From assembly GCF_009914755.1 (NCBI RefSeq), contig NC_060935.1: 64,000 nt of DNA. The stretch is one strand, 5' to 3'. Both the position numbers and the translations under genes were made by a program. Under the pieces are notes generated by a model. That model was not told the origin of the DNA. It was given only the letters and a program-made list of their open reading frames with translations, and did no database searches. This DNA comes from the human T2T-CHM13v2.0 reference genome, Homo sapiens. This document shows positions 41,501-56,074 of this stretch, one piece after another (the stretch's first letter is position 1; the number at the start of each line of letters is the position of its first letter).

Positions 41501-42077
41501 GTATGTTATGATCAGCTGGTTTGGGAATGGCTGGTATTGATGCCTCATGGAAAAACCAAGCGTGACTGGATCAATCAACTGGGAAAGACAATGGAGTTTT
41601 AATTAATTCATATTGCCTTGTTTTCTCAGTCATTCCTGGCCACCTCCCTAAAAGATTAAAACCTCCAAGTATCGTACTTATTTTAAAATAATTCTTTCTC
41701 CATTTAACATAAATGACTTCTATTCAGTCACTTATTTGCAAACTGTTTTCTGTTCCTCTTTATCTAAGCTACTCTCGCCAGGTGGTTCTTACCTCAAGCA
41801 GCTGTCCTACCTACAACCTGTTTGATTAGAAATAACCCTCTTCACAGACAGTACCTTTTTTCCATAATTAGCAGCTGTTCGAGTTCCTTGCGGCCATAAA
41901 ACCGTAGAACTGGTGCCACCTGGTTATATTAGTCTAACCATCCACTACAACTTCAGGTCCCTCCGTCACAGTGGTACTGGCTCCGTGTCTTAATCCTGAA
42001 TCCCACCTTTATATCAGAGGCATCTATTCAGTACTTTAGAGTTTAACTGTTATATTTCCTGGCTTTGTATATTCCAG

Positions 42078-42223
42078 TGTTCATCATTTGCCACTTAAGC
42101 TACTTGCAGTCACGTCACACCTTGGATCTCTATCATCAAAACTATTCCACCTCGGAAATCTTACCTAAATGCAGCATGCCATCCTGAACGTCTCTCCCTG
42201 TCCTAGCTCTGTAACTGTTTACA
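42078..42223 (+). other. ZNF215: Probable ZNF215 non-coding exon 2
   Basis: Acceptor TTTCCTGGCTTTGTATATTCCAG| and donor ACA|GTGAGT, 146 nt apart. Confidence 0.5.
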
Positions 42224-43649
42224 GTGAGTAATTCATTAATTTGTGTTTTTCACCTACAAACCTCCCAGTATATTTGTTGCTTTTTTTTTATTTCCTGAGT
42301 TGGATATTTAATGCATCTCATTCTTGTTTAATTATATGTAAGGCTTTTCCATTGCCTATCAGGAGCTTCAGCTGTGCGCTTTAGATTTTGACGTACAATG
42401 TTTTTACTGTTTTTAGATACTTTGCAGTTGTCCTTTTGATTCTCTTTTATCTTTTTTTTTAGAAGCAAACATTTGAATTTTAAAGTAGGTGAAATTGTTT
42501 TTTCTATGTGGTGTTAATTTCTGGTTTTGCATTCTAGTAATAAATATGGTTTCCACTACTCTTGTTTACCATTTATCAAGGATTTTCTATTTGGTAGCCT
42601 AATAAATTGCTTTTGTAAACATTCCCTTAGGTGCTTGAATAGAAACTACATTTTATCTAGTTTTATTTATCTATTAGGCTAAGCATATTATTTATATCCA
42701 CTATACTATTACTTTTTTGACTTTATCTGTCAGAGTCTGAGAAAGTTACCTAATATCCCATTTCTATTGTATCACTGTTGACTTCATTTCTTGTTTTCTG
42801 AGAATTTTGCCAAAAATGTTTCAAGTATGTTGTACATTTAATGAGTTATATTTCATTATGAGTTATAATCATTTAGTTTCCTCTAATGTATTTGTGCTTT
42901 TAATTCATTATAATTTTAATTCACTAAACTCTTGAATATTTTTTGTTTGCCTGGTATTTTTTAAAAATTCTTTTACATTTAGTTTTGGAGTTCTCGTTTC
43001 GGATGTCTTTTGAGTTTTATGTAGTTTGAGTTTAAATTTTTACCCGGTACATTTATTGTTGCAATTAACATCTCTGTTATTTTTACTTTTTAGTATAAAG
43101 CCTTTTCTGTTTTGTCTTTGACATATGGCCTGTGAGCTTTTATTTTTTCTTTCTCCATTTATGTTACTTTCAAAGTATCTGGGCCCATAGTTCATTTTTT
43201 TGTTGGACTAAATTATACTACTTCAGGACTATTCCACCAGTCATATTTAAGAGCTCTCTCTTGGCTGGTGGCTCAAAAGTGGAGCTAATGAGGCCAGATC
43301 AGGAGGGTCGTGGATGTCAACAGTTGTGGCGGGTTTTCAGTCTGTTGTATTGATGGTGGGCCTTGGCAGCTGCGAATGAGGAGAAAGATGGTCTTTTGTT
43401 ATGAGTTTGGGGAGATGTCAAGGAGTACTCCAGAGGGATTCATTACAGGAAGCGCTTGTTTCAGGGCAACTGGAAGCAATTTTCTATCCCGCGAGACCCA
43501 GGAATAGCCCATGAAAGGCACCATTACCCTTTTCCTCCCCTGGCCATGACAACCTAGATGGGATCTTTCAAGCCAGAAGGCACCTGCCTCTGTGGCTTTC
43601 CACTTGCTGTGGGAAATCCTCTGGGGAGCTTGCATTCACAGAGAAAAAA

Positions 43650-44950
43650 AGTTTCTAAATAAATTGGATAAAGTTACAGGAAAATAGAGAAGACAGTACA
43701 ACAGAGTGTCCATATACCCCTCCACTAATTTTTCCTATTAGTAACATTTTGTATTAGTATAGAACATTTCTTACAATTAATAATACTACATTAACTAAAG
43801 TCCATGCTTTATTCAAGTTTAATTTTTACCTAATGTCTTTTTTACTGATCTAGAATCCATCCAGTATACCACATTACATTCTGTTGTCATGCCCCCTTAG
43901 GCTTCTCTTGGCTGTGACAGTTTCTCAGACATTCCTTGTTTCTGATCATGCTACAATTATGAGGAGGTATTGGTTAAGTATGGAGAACCATCTGTTGGAA
44001 TTTGATGTTTTTCTCATTATTAGACTGGGGTTATGGGTTTAGAGCAGGAAGATCACAGAGGCAAAATGCCATTTTATCACATTGTCTTGAGGCTACATAC
44101 TGCCAACATGACTTATCGCTATTAATGTTAATCTTGATCACCTGGCTGAGATGGTATTTGTCAGGTTTTTCCACTGTAAATTTACCTTCCCCCTCCCCCC
44201 ACCCCACAGCATTTCCTCTTTGGCAGGAAATTCCTATGCAGAGCCCATACTCAAGGGGTGGGGAGTTATGCTGTACCTCGTGAATGGCTGAGAATTTGCA
44301 TAAATTATTTGGAATTTTTCTGCATAGGAGATTTGTTTACTCTCCCCCATGTATTAATAAGTTGCCATTTATATCACTGCCTTATGAGTATTAATTTAAT
44401 TGTTTGAATTATCTAATATTCTGTTGCTTATATTGTTCCAGATTTGGCCATAAGGAGCTCTTTCATTTGGCTCCTGTGTACCTTTGATGTGCCCCAATAA
44501 ATGTTTCAGTTTCTTTTTTTTTTTTTTTTAATTTTTTGAGCATTTCTTTACTTTCTGGCAGTACAAGATGCCCCATGCTTATGTTGCATGAGCCTCAGTC
44601 CTAGAATCAACCATTTCTCCAAGAAATCCTGGTTCCTATTGGAGAATGGTATTAGAAACCAAGATCTGGGAGCTAATTATTCTTTTGCTGCTGGGCTGTT
44701 CTTGCTTCTAGACCTACTTAGCCAACACAGCAAGGAAATGTGTGTTTATACTAATTTATGTATATATACATATCTGTAAATATTTATGTAACCATCTTCA
44801 TCTAATTCAGCCAAATACAAGTTCACACTTAGGTCTCCAACTCTAATCCATTATCACATGGATCATTCTAGTCTCCTTCCCTTGGTTTTCTGTAAATTTC
44901 TAGTCAAACATTGAGAAACCTGGCTCTTACCACTCATCTGCCATTAAACT
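43650..44950 (-). mobile_element. L1MC-type 3' region, antisense in ZNF215 intron
   Basis: Reverse-complement similarity to 39040-39350 (ACCACATTACATTCTGTTGTCATG; CAACATGACTTATC). Confidence 0.75.
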
Positions 44951-45328
44951 GTCTTTTCATAGTTCTGTGTATCCTTCCCCTACTCTGTGCGCTGATACTT
45001 ATTTGAATGTTGAATGATCTGTGCAGGCAGGCATTGCCATGGACAAGGTCACACAAACTTTTGGCCAATATGTAAGATCTAACATTGTAACATACATGTG
45101 TGCATATGATCTACTGAGAGCTTACTGTGTGTCAAGAAATGAGATGATAGCTCTTTTAATCCCTATAATTTGATCAGATATTTTTATATCCATTTTACAG
45201 TTGAGAATGCAAACTTGGGTTAATATAATTTGCTCAGCTTTATACATATAGTAACTAGTACATCTGGGATAGAAACTCATGTATCTATGACTCCAAAGTA
45301 TGTAGTCTCATTTATATATTGCCTATAG

Positions 45329-45533
45329 CAGAGTTTTTAAACCTTGGAATTATTGACGATTTGGACTGGGTAATTCTTTGCTATAGGGGACTATCCTGTG
45401 TAGGATATTTAACAACATCCCTGGCTTTGACTTCCTAGAGGCCAGGTACAATCTCTAGCTGTAACAGTCAAAACTGTTTCTAAACATTGCCAGATTTCCC
45501 CTGTTGGTAAAATATCCTGACTGAGAACCACTG
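45329..45533. mobile_element. MER20-like hAT MITE
   Basis: CAGAGTTTTTAAACCTTGG...TGAGAACCACTG termini with the internal GGGTAATTCTTTG motif. Confidence 0.75.
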
Positions 45534-46690
45534 ACCTTAGATAATCATAATAAAAGTGACACCTGAATAGTAAATTGCATCTGGACTTGGAGAACTGTAA
45601 ATCAAATAGAAAGTTGTATCTGGACATCCCTGAATGTAGTGACTCCTATAATTTGGCAGGCTCTTTGAGACAACCCATAAAGTTGTGCTCAGTTGTTATG
45701 AGAGATACTGGCTCCTGGGGGAATTCTTTTGAGTCAGAGTGTTTCCTACACCACGTTTATGGGTCTCATCTCCCTGTACTTGAGCTAAATTCTGCAAAGA
45801 CTCACACTGAAGAAAAGTGCATATTATTCTTCTGCTAGCAAGTTGTTTTTTGCCTTCTGAGTAAATTGGTGCCAAATATGACCTATGGTAGTCTTGCAAG
45901 TCTAAATGTTCAGTTGCGCCTAAGACATCCCTGGTGGGCATTGCGTAATTCTCCATAGTAACTCCTAACAAATATAAACTTTTCATTGTAGTCTGGGAAT
46001 CCACTTTTTGATTTATTCCTAATAATAGTTTATGGATATTATTCTAGTATATTTTAAACAATTGTCTCTTACCTTAATTTCTAATGCTATTGTCAGTTTT
46101 ACTCATAGAATTTTATTGGCATTTTAAAGAGAACTTTGGGTAAGGTTTTTCAGTCATATCTATTCTGAAACCTTAATATCCTACCTGAAGATTTGTGTTG
46201 CTTAATTTTAAGGTAAAAATGATTTGCTACCTGATATAGAATAAATCTAATTGTAATTCAATTACGAAGTTTTTTTAAATCAAAGGACTCTTCATCATTT
46301 GTTTTGGGATGTCTATTCGTGTGTGTTTCTTTGTCCTTTGGGAAACTGGTTAGGAGAAAGGGAAAGCATATTTTCTAGTTCTAAGAAAGGAAAATAAAAA
46401 TAGGAGAATCCATAATATGCATTTTTCTTAGGCAATTTTAATAATATTTGTGTTTTAACACTATGCTAATAGATGTTTGTTCCCTGTGGGTTAATTTCTA
46501 TCTTTTTTCAGTTGCTCAGGTACCTGAATATTGGCTTTGTGTCTAAAGTTTCTGGAACTTTCCTCCTTACCGTGAAATAACTTGGCTTAAATCACACTGC
46601 ATATAGTACACAGGTGCTTAGCTCAAGCCTGAGAATTACTGCAATCTAGTAAGGCGGATTTGAACTACTGTGGGAGTTCTATTTAGGAAG

Positions 46691-47090
46691 ATGCAGCCTC
46701 TGAGCAAGTTGATGGCTATCTCAAAACCTCGAAACCTGTCTCTACGTGAACAAAGAGAGGTTCTGAGAGCAGATATGTCTTGGCAGCAGGAAACCAACCC
46801 CGTCGTGGAGACACATGACTCTGAGGCATCTCGTCAAAAGTTCAGACATTTCCAGTATTTGAAAGTGTCTGGGCCCCATGAAGCCCTGAGCCAACTCTGG
46901 GAGCTCTGTCTTCAATGGCTGAGACCAGAGATTCATACAAAGAAGCAGATTATAGAACTGTTGGTGCTGGAACAATTCCTGGCAATCCTGCCTGAAGAAG
47001 TCAGGACTTGGGTGAATTTACAACATCCAAACAACAGTAAAGATATGGTGACCCTCATAGAAGATGTGATTGAAATGCTTGAAGATGAAG
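46691..47090 (+). CDS. ZNF215: ZNF215 first coding exon (SCAN domain); the exon starts at 46512
   Basis: [13 protein letters not shown]...[48 protein letters not shown] is a SCAN domain. Acceptor TCTTTTTTCAG|46512, donor GAAG|GTAAGA, phase 1. Confidence 0.93.
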
Positions 47091-47333
47091 GTAAGAATAT
47101 AAAGAAATTAGAGGTAAAATACTTGACCTTTCCCATGTAAAGAGAAATTATCTTTTTTTGAGGCCAGAGAGTATCAAGTGCCAGATCTTGAAGGACTTTA
47201 TATTACTCTATTAGGAAGCCTTGACTTTATTCTGTAGGTAATAGAAATAGAGAATTAGATCTCACAGATTGGGTAGGGGAGTGAGACAGTTTGATTTGCC
47301 AGTTAAAAATATTATGTTGACATCAATTTAGAG

Positions 47334-47539
47334 CAGGAGTTGGCAAAATATGGCACACAGGCCAAATATTTTTTAAAATAAAGTATTATTGGAACATAGC
47401 TATGTCCATTTTCATTTTGTCTATGATTGCTTTTGTGCTATGACCAGAGTTGGTACTTGTAGCAGAGACTGTATTGTCTGCAAAGTCTAAAATATTTGTT
47501 ATCTGCCCCTTTACAGAAAAAGTTTACCGACATCTCCTG
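47334..47539. mobile_element. MER58A-like hAT MITE
   Basis: CAGGAGTTGGCAAA...TTTACAGAAAAAGTTTACCGACATCTCCTG termini. Confidence 0.75.
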
Positions 47540-47923
47540 TAAAGGAGAGAGATCTGAGGGTTCTGAAAATAGGAAAACCAGTTAGACTATTGTGATAGAT
47601 TAGGTGTTAGAGAATGAGCTTTGGGAAAGCAGGAGTTTGAACCTAGAGGAATTATAAACGTATAAATAGGATACCTTTTGACATAAATTCACATGTACTG
47701 GCCTGCATGAGTGGAATTTGGGAGTGGGGGAGAAGGTGTAATACTTTAATTATGTGGCAAGTTTTATTTGAGGTCCCTGTGGGACTTTCACAATGAATAA
47801 ACCAATATATAGTTAACAAGCTTCAGTGTTCAGAAAGAGAAGATTTGGAAGCTTATATGTATGAACACAGAAGTAGGAGAAATACAAATCCTTAGGGAGC
47901 ATCAATATTGAAGAGCTGGTCTA

Positions 47924-48253
<330 letters not shown>

Positions 48254-48802
48254 TTACAGGAAATACAGAGGATAGTGGAACATGTTAAACTATACCGTGA
48301 TAATACCATGTGTAAAATCCAAACTGGGAAACTGTAAGACAGTCCAGTTTTTAAGGGAATAGGGAGGAGTATGGCAAAGTGATATAGAGATTAGTTATAC
48401 ATCTTTTAAGTTTTTAAAATCATGTGAATGTGTGGACCTTATAAGACATGAGGCCATGAACTGGATATTTGATGAGGAATTATCGATTGGGGACAGTGAT
48501 TATATTGGTATTGTGGTTATATTTAGTCTTCATCTAAAAATTTTCTTAATGAGCAAAAGAAGAGAAGCTTGATAAGCAGCCTGGAAAGTAATAATGTAGG
48601 AAATCAGAGAACCAGAAAAGATTGGTATCTGAGTTAAGAAAGGAGAAATTTTCAAGAAGTTAATGTTCAACAATGGTATAACAAAAAGGTCACATTAAGA
48701 TGAATTTTAAAAATAATTCATTGAAATTGTTGATTAGGAGGAATTTTGAGGTTTAGTTTGAGCAGTTTTAGCAGATTTGAGGGGTGCTTATTTGTAGTGA
48801 GT

Positions 48803-49272
48803 TATATTAGTTTTCTATTGCTACTATAATAAATTACCACAAACTTGGTGGCTTAAAACAACATGAATATATTATTCTACAAGCCTGTACATCAGAGATC
48901 CAACACGGGTCTCCCTCAGCTAAAATCAAGGTAGTGGTGGTACCGTTTTCTTTCTGGGGCTTATGTTCCCCTTCCCCTGTCTTCAAAGCTAGCAACAATG
49001 GGCCAAGTCCTTTTCACACTGCCACATCTCTAATACTTTATTCTGTTGTCATAGCTCTTGCTCACTCATGGTGCTTCTCACTGTCTCACCACACTGGAAA
49101 AGGTTCCTCACTTTTCAGGATTCATGTAATTAGGTTGTGATCACCTGAATAATTCAGGATGATCTCCCTCATCTTAAGGTCCTTGACTTTAATCACATCT
49201 GCAGAGTCTCTCTTGCTATGTATCCAAGGACTAAGACATGGATATCTTTGTGGGCTGATATTCTGCCCATCA
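48803..49272. mobile_element. MaLR MLT1-type LTR
   Basis: TATTAGTTTTCTATTGCT...AAATTACCACAAACTTGGTGGCTTAAAACAACA start and ATATTCTGCCCATCA end. Confidence 0.75.
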
Positions 49273-49419
49273 TGTGGGTTAAAAAAAATAGGTATGAGGT
49301 GGGAATGTGATCATTATAGCCTATTCTTGAGAAATCTAGCAGAAAAGGCAAATGAGAGGTTGCAGGGTAATACAGAACTGAAGAAAGGCTTTTGGTTGTT
49401 TCTTTGGTTTGTCTGGTGG

Positions 49420-52400
49420 CTCTCTGAAAAACCTGCTCATAGGGCTTGCCTTTATTTTACCTAGTTCAAAAGTCACTCAGAACTGAGGTGGCTACCTGGG
49501 GGTATTTTTCAAAAACATTTCATGGAAAATGTATTAGCTACTGCTGTCTGAGATAATAAATAACAGTTGGGATGCTGGAGAATGATATGCTTTGAGGGAA
49601 TAAGGGATTTTGAAAGCTCGCATGTATATCTGAAAATCTGGAAGATTGAAGACATGTTCAGAAAGACCTGAGAAAGCCCTAACTCTTATCTCTAGCTGAC
49701 CTTCAAGTGCTACACAAGAAAGAAGTGAAGAATAACATAGAGTTAAAAGTGTCTGAGTGAGTGTGCCCTAATACACACAATGCATCTGCAGAGACCAGTT
49801 GATGGTTTTTGTTTTTGATATTGTTTTTATGTTTCAAGGCATTTAAGGAAATCTCTGTGGTATCACAAGCTGACCAGTAAGCTGAGGGAACAGATTCATG
49901 CAGGTAAACATAACATAGCATATAGAGTTTACAAAATTAGTTCAAAAGTTACTAAATGAGCAATAACTACAACAGTTAGAGCCTCAAAATATATGAAGCA
50001 AATACAGAAGTGAAAGAGAAATAGATCAAGAATAATAATTGGAGATTTCACTCCACTTTTATTAACAGAAATACTAGAAAAAAAGATTAAAAAGGAAATA
50101 GAAGACTTGAGAAACACCATAAACTGACTTGAACTAACAAATATACAGAGCGTTCTACCCAAAAAACAACAGAAGATACATTTTCAAGTATACATGGAAT
50201 AGTCTCCAGGATAGACCAAATGTTAGACTAAAAAACATGTTTCAGTACATTTAAGTAGATTGACATCTCATGAAGTATCTTTTCCAACTATAGCAGAATT
50301 AGAAATCAGTAACAGAAGGAAATCTGGATAATTCACAGATAAGTGGAAATTAACAGTCACATAATCAGTGGGTCAAAAAGGAAAGCACAAAGGAAATGAA
50401 AAAATATTTTGAGAAATGGAAACAAAAATACAACATACCAAAACTTATGACATACAGTGAAGGCATGGCTCAAATTGTAGCTATAAATGCCTACATTAAA
50501 AAGATCTCAACCCTCCACCTGAAGGAACTAGAAAAAGAAAACCTAAAAGCCAGATGAAGAAAGAAAATAAATATTAGAACAAAGATAAATGATGTGGAGC
50601 CCACAAAAATAATAGAACCAACAAAACTGAAAGTTGGTACTTTGAAAAGATCAGCAAAACTGACAAAGGTTTAGCTACACTGATCAAGAAAAAAAGGACT
50701 CAAATTACTAACATCAGGAAAAGTGGGGACAATACTACTGACTTTGCATAAAATGAAAGGGCTCATAAGAGAATACTAGGAGCAATTAAATGCCAACAAA
50801 TTAGATGCACTTAGATGAAATTCACAAATTCCAAAAACACAAATGACCAAAACTGACTGAAGAAGAAATAGAAAATCTGAACTCAACTCACCAATAACAA
50901 AAGACTGGTTTAGTTATTTTTAAACTTTCAACAAAGAAAACTCAAAGATGATATGGCTTCACTGGTAAATTCTACTACACTTTTGAAAAATTAACACCAG
51001 TATTCTCAAACTCTTCCAAAAAATAGGAGGAACACTTCTTAAGTTATCCTGTGAGGCAAGTATTAATCTGATGCCAAAGCCAGACAAAGACATCACAACA
51101 AAAGAAAAATGGCAAACCAAATCCAATAGCGTTTTAAGAGGACTATACAAAATGACTTAGTGGGATTGATCCCAGAAATGCAAGTATGGTTCAACAAATG
51201 AAAATATATCAGTGCTGTACATCATATTAATACAGTGAAAGGGGAAAAATTACACGATTATCTCAATTGATGCAGAAAAAGCATCTGACAAAATCCAATG
51301 CCCTTTTATGACCAAAAAAAAAAAAAGGACTAGAAGTGAACTCACTCAGCCTGACAAAGGACATTTATGAAAAACCCACAGTTAACATTGTACTTGATAA
51401 ACTTGATGAAAAAGTGAAAGCTTTGTTCTTAGAATCAGGAACAAGACAAGAATGTCCACTCTTGCCACTTCTATTCAATGTCATACTAAACGTTCTAGCT
51501 AGTGCAATTAGGCAAGAAAAAAAGAAAAGGTATCATGATTGGAAAGGAAGAAGTAAAACTATCTCTACTGGCAGATGTTATACTCTTATATATCCAAAAT
51601 CCTAAAGAACCCAGTAAAAAACTATTAGACCTAATAAACTCAAAGTTGCAGGATGCAAAGTCAACAAAAATAGGTTATGTGCCTATAGCAATGAACAACC
51701 CTTAAAAGAAACCAAGAAAATAATTTCATTTATAATATGTGAAAAATAGAGGTGTAGGACTTGTCTGCTGAAAAGTACAAACCATTGTTGAAATTAAAGA
51801 CCTAAGTAAATCCTGCGTTCATGTATTGGAAAACTTAATATCATAAAGATAACACTCCCCCAAAGCAATCTACAGATTCAAATGCAATCCCTATCAAAAT
51901 CTCAGCTGCTTTTTTTTTTTTTTTTTTTTTTGTCAGAAATGGACAAGCTGATCCTAAAATTCATAAGGAATTGGAAAGGACCCAAGATAGTCAAACTGCC
52001 TTCATAAAGAAGATAGTTTTAGAATGTATACTTCTCAATTTCAAAACTCACTAAAAAGCTGCAATAATCAAAGCTATGTCGTACTGGAATAGAATTAAGA
52101 GTCCAGAAATAAACTCATACATCTATGTCCAGTTAATTTTTGACAAGGGTGTCAAGGCATTAAATGAGAAAATAATAGTTTTTCAACAAATATTGCTGGG
52201 ACCACTTGATTTCCATATGCAAAAGATTGGAGTAGGGGCCTTACCTCATATCATGTACAAAAATTAACTCAAGATGGGTCAATTGTCTAAATATAAGAGC
52301 CAAAATCATAAAATTCTGAGAAGAAAATATAGAAATAACTCTTCATCACCTTAAATTTGGTAATCAATGCTTAGCTATGACACCAACGATACAAGCAACA

Positions 52401-53340
52401 AAAGAAAAAATAGATAAATTAGACCATCAAAATTAACACTTTTGTGCATCAAAAGATACCATCAAGGCAGCGAAAAACCTACAGAATGAGAAAAAACATT
52501 TTGAAAATCATATATCTGATAAGGGTCCAATATCAGGAAAATATAAAGAACTCTTACAATTCAATAACAAGATAAGGAACAGTTTTTTAAATGGACAAAG
52601 GACTTGAATAGATATTTCTCCAAAGAAGATATACAAATGGCCAAAAAGTATAGGAATAAATGTTCAGGATCATTAGTCATTAGAGAATTGCAACTCAAAA
52701 CCATAATAACACCCACTAGGATGGCTATAATAATTACAAAAGGAAAACGAATAGGGTTAGCTAGGATGTGGAGAAATTGTTTGGAATTGTATATCGTTGT
52801 TGGGAATATAAACTGGTTCAGCCACTGTGAAAAACACTTTGGTGGTTCCTCAAAAAATTAAACATAGAATTACCATATACCCCAGAAAATTGAAGACACA
52901 TATTCACATTAAAAAGTGGAAACAACCCAGATGTCCATCAACTAATGAATGAATAAACTTTGCTATATACATACAGTGGAGTATTATTCTGCCATAAAAA
53001 AGAATGAAGTACTGATACATGTTAAAAAAAAAATGGATGGACCTCCAAAACATGCTAAGTGAGAGAAGTCAGACCCAAAAGGTCACATACTATATGATTC
53101 AATTTATGTGGAATGTCCAGAATAGGCAAATTCGTAGAGACAGTATAAGGAAAGGGAGTGTGTATGAGAGTGACTCCTAAATTAATATGGGGCTCTTTCT
53201 TGGTAATGAAAATGTTCTGGAATTAGATAGTGGTGATCATTGTACAACATTATGAATGTATTAAAAACCACTGGATTGTATTCTTTAAAATAGCTAATAT
53301 GGTGAATTTTATATTATGTGAATTTTGCCTTTTTTTAAAC
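49420..53340 (+). mobile_element. Long L1MB/L1M fragment (ORF2 remnant and 3'UTR)
   Basis: Degenerate ORF2 peptides ([41 protein letters not shown]) and an L1MB-type 3' end. Confidence 0.85.
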
Positions 53341-54367
53341 TTAAATTCTAAGCTTAATAGAGAATGAAGTGACTTCACTAGAGCCACGATAGAATGGGAG
53401 AAAATTAAAGAATCAATGTAGTGTAATGGGACTCTGATAAAAGTTGGAGAATATACAAAAAGCAAGGAAGTAAAAATTGAAAGGATAGGAAGATGCATTT
53501 AGCTATTGATTTATCCAATTTTATACTCATGGCAGGATAGTTCTAAGTAATAAAGACCAGAGTATGAGCAAGGAAGTAGATTGTTTGCTGATGGTCATTA
53601 GAGATAAGAAAGTCAAAGGTCTATCAGTCTGGGTTGCTGGAAGGGGTGTCTGTGTCAGTGTTGAAGTAACCTATTAAAAGACTGTCAGGATTTGGGGTGA
53701 AAAGCAACAATGTGAAGCAAGTAACTGAAGTTTTTATTGGCCTAGTACAATTACTTTAGTGTTGGTCATTCACAGTACATTAGGCTCTCTGAGGGCAGGT
53801 ATTTGTGTATCTCGCACATAGGAGATAGTAAATATGTGTTGAAAAAATGAATGCGCAATAGCTTAATATATTACAACATCAAGAACAGTATAGCTAAATG
53901 GCATAGACTAGTAAGAAATATTTTTGCATGAGAGAAAATACTAGGAAGTGGAAGGGAGGTACAAGTAGATCAGAACAATTTCCAAGATCGTAGTGCTTAG
54001 AGGATAGAAAAAGGTGCCTTTGATGATGCCAAGATCCATTTAGCAAGGGAGAAGGAAGAGTCTGTAAAGAACTTGAGAATGTATATAGATTTTTCTTTGA
54101 ATGGAATGAGGGTTTCAGAAAACATGACGGTAAAATTTCAAGAAGGGGAGGTCAGCAGGGAAGAAGTAAGGGAAGAAAAGGACATTCAGAGAGAGCAATA
54201 AATAGGATAGCTGATTGGAGAGATTTGCACCTTTCCAAGATACCTCAGGTATTTCCAAGAATGTCAAGAACAAGGAACAACATTGTATTGATTGTCCTAA
54301 AGATTATGGAATTGAGCAGATTGACATTCCACAAAGTGTACAGACCTGAATAAAGTTAACAGATCTC

Positions 54368-54666
54368 AGGACCAGGCTCACACTTGTAATCCCAACTCTT
54401 TGGGAGGCTGAGGCAGGAGGATCACTTGAGGCCAAGAGTTCAACACCAGCCTGGGCAGCATTGAAAGACCCTGTCTCTAAAGAAAAAAAAAGAAAAAAAA
54501 AACATTATCCAAGTATGGTGGCACATGCCTGTAGTCCTTGCTATTCAAGAGGCTGAGGCAGGAGGATTGGTTGAGGCCAGGAGTTTGAGATTGTAGTGAG
54601 GTGTGACTGTGCCATACTGCACTCCAGCCTGGACTGAGCAAGACCCTCTTTAAAAAAAAAAAAAAA
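54368..54666 (+). mobile_element. AluJ-type SINE
   Basis: Old Alu dimer with an expanded A linker and TSD AAAGTTAACAGA(T/C)C. Confidence 0.9.
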
Positions 54667-54734
54667 AAAGTTAACAGACCATAATATTTGCAGCATTCAC
54701 ACGGTATGTTGCTGAGAAATTTGGATTTTTGTTT

Positions 54735-55029
54735 GCTTTTATTCAGACAGGGTCTCATTCTGTCACCAGGGCTGGAGTGTGGTGGTGTGAACACCACTCA
54801 CTGCAGCCTCTACCTCCTAGGCTCGGGAAATCCTCCTGCGTCAGCCTCCCAAGTAGATGAGACCACAGGCACACACCACCACACCTGGCTAATTTATTAT
54901 GATTATTATTTGCAGAGAAGGAATCTCCCTATGTTACTTAGGCTGGTCTTGGATGCTAGGCTCAAGCATTCCTCCCACCATGGCCTCCCAAAGTGTTGGG
55001 ATTGCAGGTGTGAGCCACCAGGCCTGCCC
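54735..55029 (-). mobile_element. AluJ-type SINE, inverted relative to its neighbour
   Basis: AGACAGGGTCTCATTCTGTCACCAGGGCTGGAGTG...CCTCCCAAAGTGTTGGGATTGCAGGTGTGAGCCACC. Confidence 0.9.
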
Positions 55030-55991
55030 TGATGTGTTTTAAGAAGTCCCTATGCAGTTGTTTAAATTGTTGAACCCAATTATACATTTATAATAGAGAA
55101 TTAATGCTGATTATGATGTAACTGCATGGTTTTAAGATTTTTGGGGGGTTTCAAAGCTCATTAAAAGTTTTAAAAATGGGGGTGGAGATGATCCAGATTT
55201 GCCAACTCTTTTTAAGTAAAAACATTTTTTAAATCAATAATTAACATATTAGAAGACATTTTAACATCAAAAGAAAGTCCCTTATATTGAATAAATGTAA
55301 TGTTTTAACAAACTTACTACATTGTTTCTACTCTTTATTTCACCGTGAATCAGTGAAAACTTCACAGACCAGTGTGACACTTGAGGATCACTGATGTAAC
55401 TCATGAATCTTCCAGAGTGGCCCTTGGATAAATTTCTCACTGAATGGCTGGATAAGAGAATTGGTTGTCCCTCAGAATTTTATGTTTTGAAAGAAGCAAT
55501 AGTTCAAGGTGGACAGGTTGCTTAGGTCTATGTATAGTAAGCACAGAGCAACTTACAGGAAAACAATCCTTGGATAGAATTCTCTCTGGAGTGTTTGAAG
55601 AAGGGATTGGTTGGATAAAATATTATAAGCTCCAAGTAGAATTACAGCCTGTGATGGCTACGCTGTAGTTAGGCTTTAGTTATGACAGAATTAGTTATTT
55701 TTTGGAATCTGCTATAAACATAGATGAGGTCTGAAAATATTATTTTGTCCCTCTTTCTGATTCAGTAGATCTCAGCCCATGGTAGCATATCAGAATCACA
55801 TTTAAAATATTTTAAAAATACAAGATCTAGGCCTGACCTTTGAAGATTGTGATTGCTGGCAGGGCCTGACATTATTTTTTTCAAAGTTCTATGGATAATT
55901 CCTGTGAATATCATATTAAAACAACTATAATTATTAGAAGTTGCTCCAGGGCAAAACTTGTCTCCCTAATATTTTCCTTCATCTTCCTCAG

Positions 55992-56074
55992 ATATGCCCT
56001 GCAAGGACTCTGCCCTGCAGATGGGGAGCATCAAGGAGAAAATGAAAGCTGGCTCACGAACAGGCAAACCACAG
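55992..56074 (+). CDS. ZNF215: ZNF215 linker exon (83 nt)
   Basis: Acceptor TTTTCCTTCATCTTCCTCAG|, reads (D)MPCKDSALQMGSIKEKMKAGSRTGKPQ, donor CAG|GTGAAT. Phase 1 to 0 fits the neighbouring exons. Confidence 0.88.

Noticed and set aside
46670-47140. 156-aa ORF as a stand-alone SCAN-only gene
   Set aside because: It starts at a GTG upstream of the real ATG (46691) and runs past a strong GTAAGA donor. It is the ZNF215 SCAN exon plus intron read-through.
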